A stretch of DNA of 64,000 nucleotides from NCBI GenBank assembly GCA_030726915.1, contig JANRCR010000039.1, positions 508 to 64,507 on the forward strand, read 5' to 3'. A model generated the notes under the pieces. It saw nothing but the letters and a program-made list of their open reading frames with translations. It was not told the origin of the DNA and did no database searches. How positions within the stretch are numbered: position 1 is the stretch's first letter; each line of letters starts with the position of its first letter. This DNA is from Candidatus Nanopelagicales bacterium. GTDB lineage: Bacteria; Actinomycetota; Actinomycetes; S36-B12. Made by a program: the position numbers and the translations under genes. Shown in pieces: positions 61,073 through 64,000 of the stretch.

Positions 61073-61274
61073 GCCGCTGCTGGGCGCCGAGCAGCCAGCG
61101 CTCACATTCGTTCGCGTAGGTCTCTCCGCGCTCCCAGAGGGTCAGGGCGTCCTCGAGGGACATGTCCCCAGCTTCGAGCGCCGCGACAACGTCGGCAAGG
61201 GCCGCCCGAGATTCCTCGTACCCCCGGGGCTCAACCCCGGAGGTCCCCTCGACGGCTTCTTCTCGCTTGGCCAT
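61041..61274 (-). CDS. xseB: Exodeoxyribonuclease VII small subunit
   Basis: 77 aa with YEESRAALADVVAALEAGDMSLEDALTLWERGE. It lies immediately downstream of xseA. Confidence 0.85.
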   Translation of the reverse strand: MAKREEAVEGTSGVEPRGYEESRAALADVVAALEAGDMSLEDALTLWERGETYANECERWLLGAQQRLTEQSAEPSD

Positions 61275-61278
61275 GGCG

Positions 61279-62424
61279 TCAGCGTACGTCTTCGACCCGG
61301 GCGGTGAAAGCGCCCGTAGCGACGCGGACATGCACCTGCTCGTCGGTGCCCAAGGTTGCGGCCTCTCGGACGACGTGGCCATCGGTCGTGCGTACGACGG
61401 CGTATCCACGGTCGAGCGTGGCGGCGGGGGAGAGCGCTGTCAGGCGAGCCCTCAGGTGCTCCACATCGACGAGCCCGTGATCGATACGCCGATCGATGGC
61501 CCGGCGTGCGGTCATTCGCCACCCCGTCACTTGCTCACCATCGGTGACGATCCTGCGCGTGGTGATACGTCGGCACCGATCACGCGCGTTCACGATGCGA
61601 GCCATCTCCTCGGTGATGTCGGGGACGATGAGTTTGGCCGCATCCGTGGGCGTGGATGCCCGAGTGTCGGCGACGAAGTCCATGAGTGGCACATCCTGCT
61701 CATGGCCGATAGCACTGACCACCGGTGCCCGGGATGCTGCAACCGCTCGCACGAGCCTCTCATTGCTGAAGGGCAGCAAATCCTCGACGCTGCCGCCGCC
61801 GCGCGCGATGACGATGACATCGATAAGTGGGTCAGCGTTGAGGTTGTTGAGTGCCTCGACGATGGCCGGGACAGCAGCGACGCCCTGCACCGCAACCTCG
61901 CGAATCTCGAAGTCAACCGAGGGCCATCGCAGCCGCGCATTGACGGTCACGTCACGTAGCGCGGCACTAGCGCGACCGGAGATCAATCCCACACGGCGTG
62001 GCAGGAGGGGGAGTGGTCGCTTGCGCTCAGCGGCGAAGAGTCCTTCGGCGTGGAAGAGAGCCCGTAGGCGCTCGAGTTCTTCCAACAGCGCGCCTCGACC
62101 GACCGCGCGAATCTCAAGGGCACGGATTTGGAGGCTTCCCCGGCCGGCGTAGAACTCCGGTCGCCCGTGCACGAGCACGCGCTGTCCCTCCTCCAGGGGT
62201 GGCGACACAAGGTCCACGACAGTCGTCTCGGTGACGACGGAGAGTGAGAGGTCGGCCTCGACGTCGCGCAGGGTGATCCACAGGGTGCGCATGCCGGGGC
62301 GACGGGAAATCTGGGCGACCTGGCCTTCGATCCAAATCGCACCCAGGCGGCCGATCCAGTCCGCGAGGAGTCGAGACACCGTGCGGACAGGTGCCGGTGA
62401 CTCGACGCTCGTCTCAAGGCCCAT
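61279..62424 (-). CDS. xseA: Exodeoxyribonuclease VII large subunit
   Basis: N-terminal OB fold (VWIEGQV-like [11 protein letters not shown]) and a catalytic core with [20 protein letters not shown]. Confidence 0.9.
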   Translation of the reverse strand: MGLETSVESPAPVRTVSRLLADWIGRLGAIWIEGQVAQISRRPGMRTLWITLRDVEADLSLSVVTETTVVDLVSPPLEEGQRVLVHGRPEFYAGRGSLQIRALEIRAVGRGALLEELERLRALFHAEGLFAAERKRPLPLLPRRVGLISGRASAALRDVTVNARLRWPSVDFEIREVAVQGVAAVPAIVEALNNLNADPLIDVIVIARGGGSVEDLLPFSNERLVRAVAASRAPVVSAIGHEQDVPLMDFVADTRASTPTDAAKLIVPDITEEMARIVNARDRCRRITTRRIVTDGEQVTGWRMTARRAIDRRIDHGLVDVEHLRARLTALSPAATLDRGYAVVRTTDGHVVREAATLGTDEQVHVRVATGAFTARVEDVR

Positions 62425-62456
62425 GGGGGCAGGCTAAGGGCACGGATGCCGACCTG

Positions 62457-63455
62457 ATGACGGCGCCATACGATGGGCGTGTGCCCCGCAAAGTTTTGCT
62501 CGCCGCCCCCAGGGGTTATTGCGCCGGTGTCGATCGTGCCGTCGTCACCGTCGAAAAGGCCCTGGATCTGTATGGGCCGCCGGTCTATGTCCGCAAGCAG
62601 ATCGTGCATAACAAGTACGTCGTTCACCGTCTCGAGGAACGTGGGGTCATCTTCGTGGAGGAGCTCGACGAGGTACCCGAGGGTGCCACCGTCGTCTTCT
62701 CCGCCCATGGGGTCGCTCCCACGGTGCACGCCGAGGCTGCAGAACGCCGACTCAAGACCATCGATGCGACCTGCCCGCTCGTGACCAAGGTCCACGCCGA
62801 GGCGCGGCGATTCTCGGCTGAGGGGATGCAAATCCTGCTCATCGGCCACGAGGGGCACGAGGAGGTTGTCGGCACAATGGGTGAGGCGCCGGACTCCATG
62901 ACCCTGGTCGAGTCACCCGAAGACGCCGATGATGTCGCCATCGACCCTGAGTTGCCCGTCATCTGGCTCTCCCAAACCACCCTGTCCGTCGACGAGACCC
63001 TGCAGACGGTGGATCGACTTCGCGAGAGATTCCCTCAGTTGCAAAGCCCGCCGAGCGACGACATTTGCTACGCGACGCAAAATCGTCAAGCCGCCGTCAA
63101 GCAGATTGCTCCACAGTGCGACCTGCTTATCGTCGTCGGATCGGGCAACTCGTCCAACAGCGTCCGGCTCGTCGAGGTGGGCCTGGAGGCGGGTGCTCGC
63201 AGTTCCTATCGCATCGATGGGGTGGGCGAGCTCCAGGAAGCGTGGCTCGAGGGAGTAGAGACGATCGGGCTCACGTCCGGGGCGTCCGTGCCCGAGGTGC
63301 TCGTGGACGGGGTACTGCAGTGGCTGGCCGAGCGGGACTTCGCCGATGTGGAAGAGGTCACCACGGCCGAGGAGACTCTTGTTTTCGCCCTACCGCCGGA
63401 ATTGCGTAGGGATATGAAGGCTGCCACTGCAGCTGCGCCCGGAGCAACCTCTTAA
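62457..63455 (+). CDS. ispH: 4-hydroxy-3-methylbut-2-enyl diphosphate reductase
   Basis: [38 protein letters not shown] and GSGNSSNS. An alternative GTG start lies at 62481. Confidence 0.93.
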   Translation: MTAPYDGRVPRKVLLAAPRGYCAGVDRAVVTVEKALDLYGPPVYVRKQIVHNKYVVHRLEERGVIFVEELDEVPEGATVVFSAHGVAPTVHAEAAERRLKTIDATCPLVTKVHAEARRFSAEGMQILLIGHEGHEEVVGTMGEAPDSMTLVESPEDADDVAIDPELPVIWLSQTTLSVDETLQTVDRLRERFPQLQSPPSDDICYATQNRQAAVKQIAPQCDLLIVVGSGNSSNSVRLVEVGLEAGARSSYRIDGVGELQEAWLEGVETIGLTSGASVPEVLVDGVLQWLAERDFADVEEVTTAEETLVFALPPELRRDMKAATAAAPGATS

Positions 63456-64000
63456 TCCGGAACAACCTCGCTGACCGGAACAACCTCGTCCGTCCGAACC
63501 TCGCTGACCGGTGACTGACTGCGGCGCCTACGTATGAGAACAATGCCCAGAGCAATAAGTGTGGACCCGAAGATCCAGATGGCATTGTTGCCCAGGGTGG
63601 TCACGATCATGAAGGCTTCTCGGATGAGCAGGCTCCCCGTCTGGGGAATCGTGAGTTGGCCAGCAGTCACGGTGGCGAGGAAGAACGCCAGCGGGGGTGC
63701 GATCACAGCAACGATGGCATCGGCGCGACGTACGACGAGCGCTGCGTAGATGCTCGCGATAAGCAGTGAGATGCCGGTCAGCCAACCGAGGCCCGTCTGC
63801 CCCGTCACAAGGGCGTCGGCGAATCCCATGACGACGGTCACACCGAGCACGACGAACCAGACGCCAGACGCGCGGAGTCCGGCCGTTGCCGGGAGGTCGC
63901 TGGGCGGTGTCGCCCCGGCTGACTCCGCGGCCACGGGGGCGCTGGCTACGGGAACGCTGGCTACGGGAGCGCTGGCCACGGCGGCGCTGGCTACGGGAAC
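63452..64000 (-). CDS. Membrane protein (DUF6542-like), 5' end beyond window edge
   Basis: About four TM helices ([20 protein letters not shown]...). The frame stays open to base 64000 through a (P-V-A-S-A/V)n repeat. Its stop overlaps the ispH stop in the palindrome TTAA. Confidence 0.65.
   Translation of the reverse strand, partial: VPVASAAVASAPVASVPVASAPVAAESAGATPPSDLPATAGLRASGVWFVVLGVTVVMGFADALVTGQTGLGWLTGISLLIASIYAALVVRRADAIVAVIAPPLAFFLATVTAGQLTIPQTGSLLIREAFMIVTTLGNNAIWIFGSTLIALGIVLIRRRRSQSPVSEVRTDEVVPVSEVVPD
63931..64000. repeat. Tandem 15-nt repeat (about 4.7 copies, consensus CYACGGGRRCGCTGG) running off the window end
   Basis: The units are CCACGGGGGCGCTGG, CTACGGGAACGCTGG, CTACGGGAGCGCTGG, CCACGGCGGCGCTGG and CTACGGGAAC. 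They are in frame and encode PVAS(A/V) pentapeptides on the minus strand. Confidence 0.9.

Noticed and set aside
63931-64000. The 15-nt tandem repeat considered as a CRISPR-like or other non-coding array.
   Set aside because: The units are contiguous with no spacers. The period is a multiple of three and in frame with an open reading frame encoding PVAS(A/V) repeats. No cas genes are present.

Overview
This is a high-GC, very densely packed stretch of actinobacterial core chromosome. It holds about 65 protein genes, one tRNA and almost no non-coding DNA. The gene order follows the conserved actinobacterial backbone: glmU-prs-rplY-pth-mfd-mazG-eno-ppx, then cbs-metB-greA-mca, then uppS-phoH2-glpX-xseBA-ispH. 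The mycothiol gene mca supports Actinomycetota. Many neighbouring genes are coupled through ATGA/GTGA stop-start overlaps. I found no rRNA, CRISPR array, transposase, integrase, phage genes or recognisable defence island, so most of the window is ordinary housekeeping DNA. I cannot show that any clearly novel multi-gene system is present. Four candidates are worth a second look. (1) A divergent five-gene cluster at 25857-32015 has a ChlI-like AAA+ ATPase and a VWA protein on one strand, and a stand-alone FIST sensor, an HExxH metallohydrolase and a DUF2786 protein on the other. (2) The protein at 45983-47239 joins a peptidase-S51-like hydrolase to a C-terminal region that resembles the C-terminus of cysteinyl-tRNA synthetase. 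(3) The 74-nt tRNA at 15769-15842 has an anticodon loop reading UAA (Leu) but lacks the long variable arm expected of bacterial tRNA-Leu. (4) A multi-pass membrane-anchored beta-propeller protein at 44114-45994 has no assignable function. All product calls rest on motifs I recognised by eye. Start codons are my best choice within the supplied ORFs and several are uncertain.
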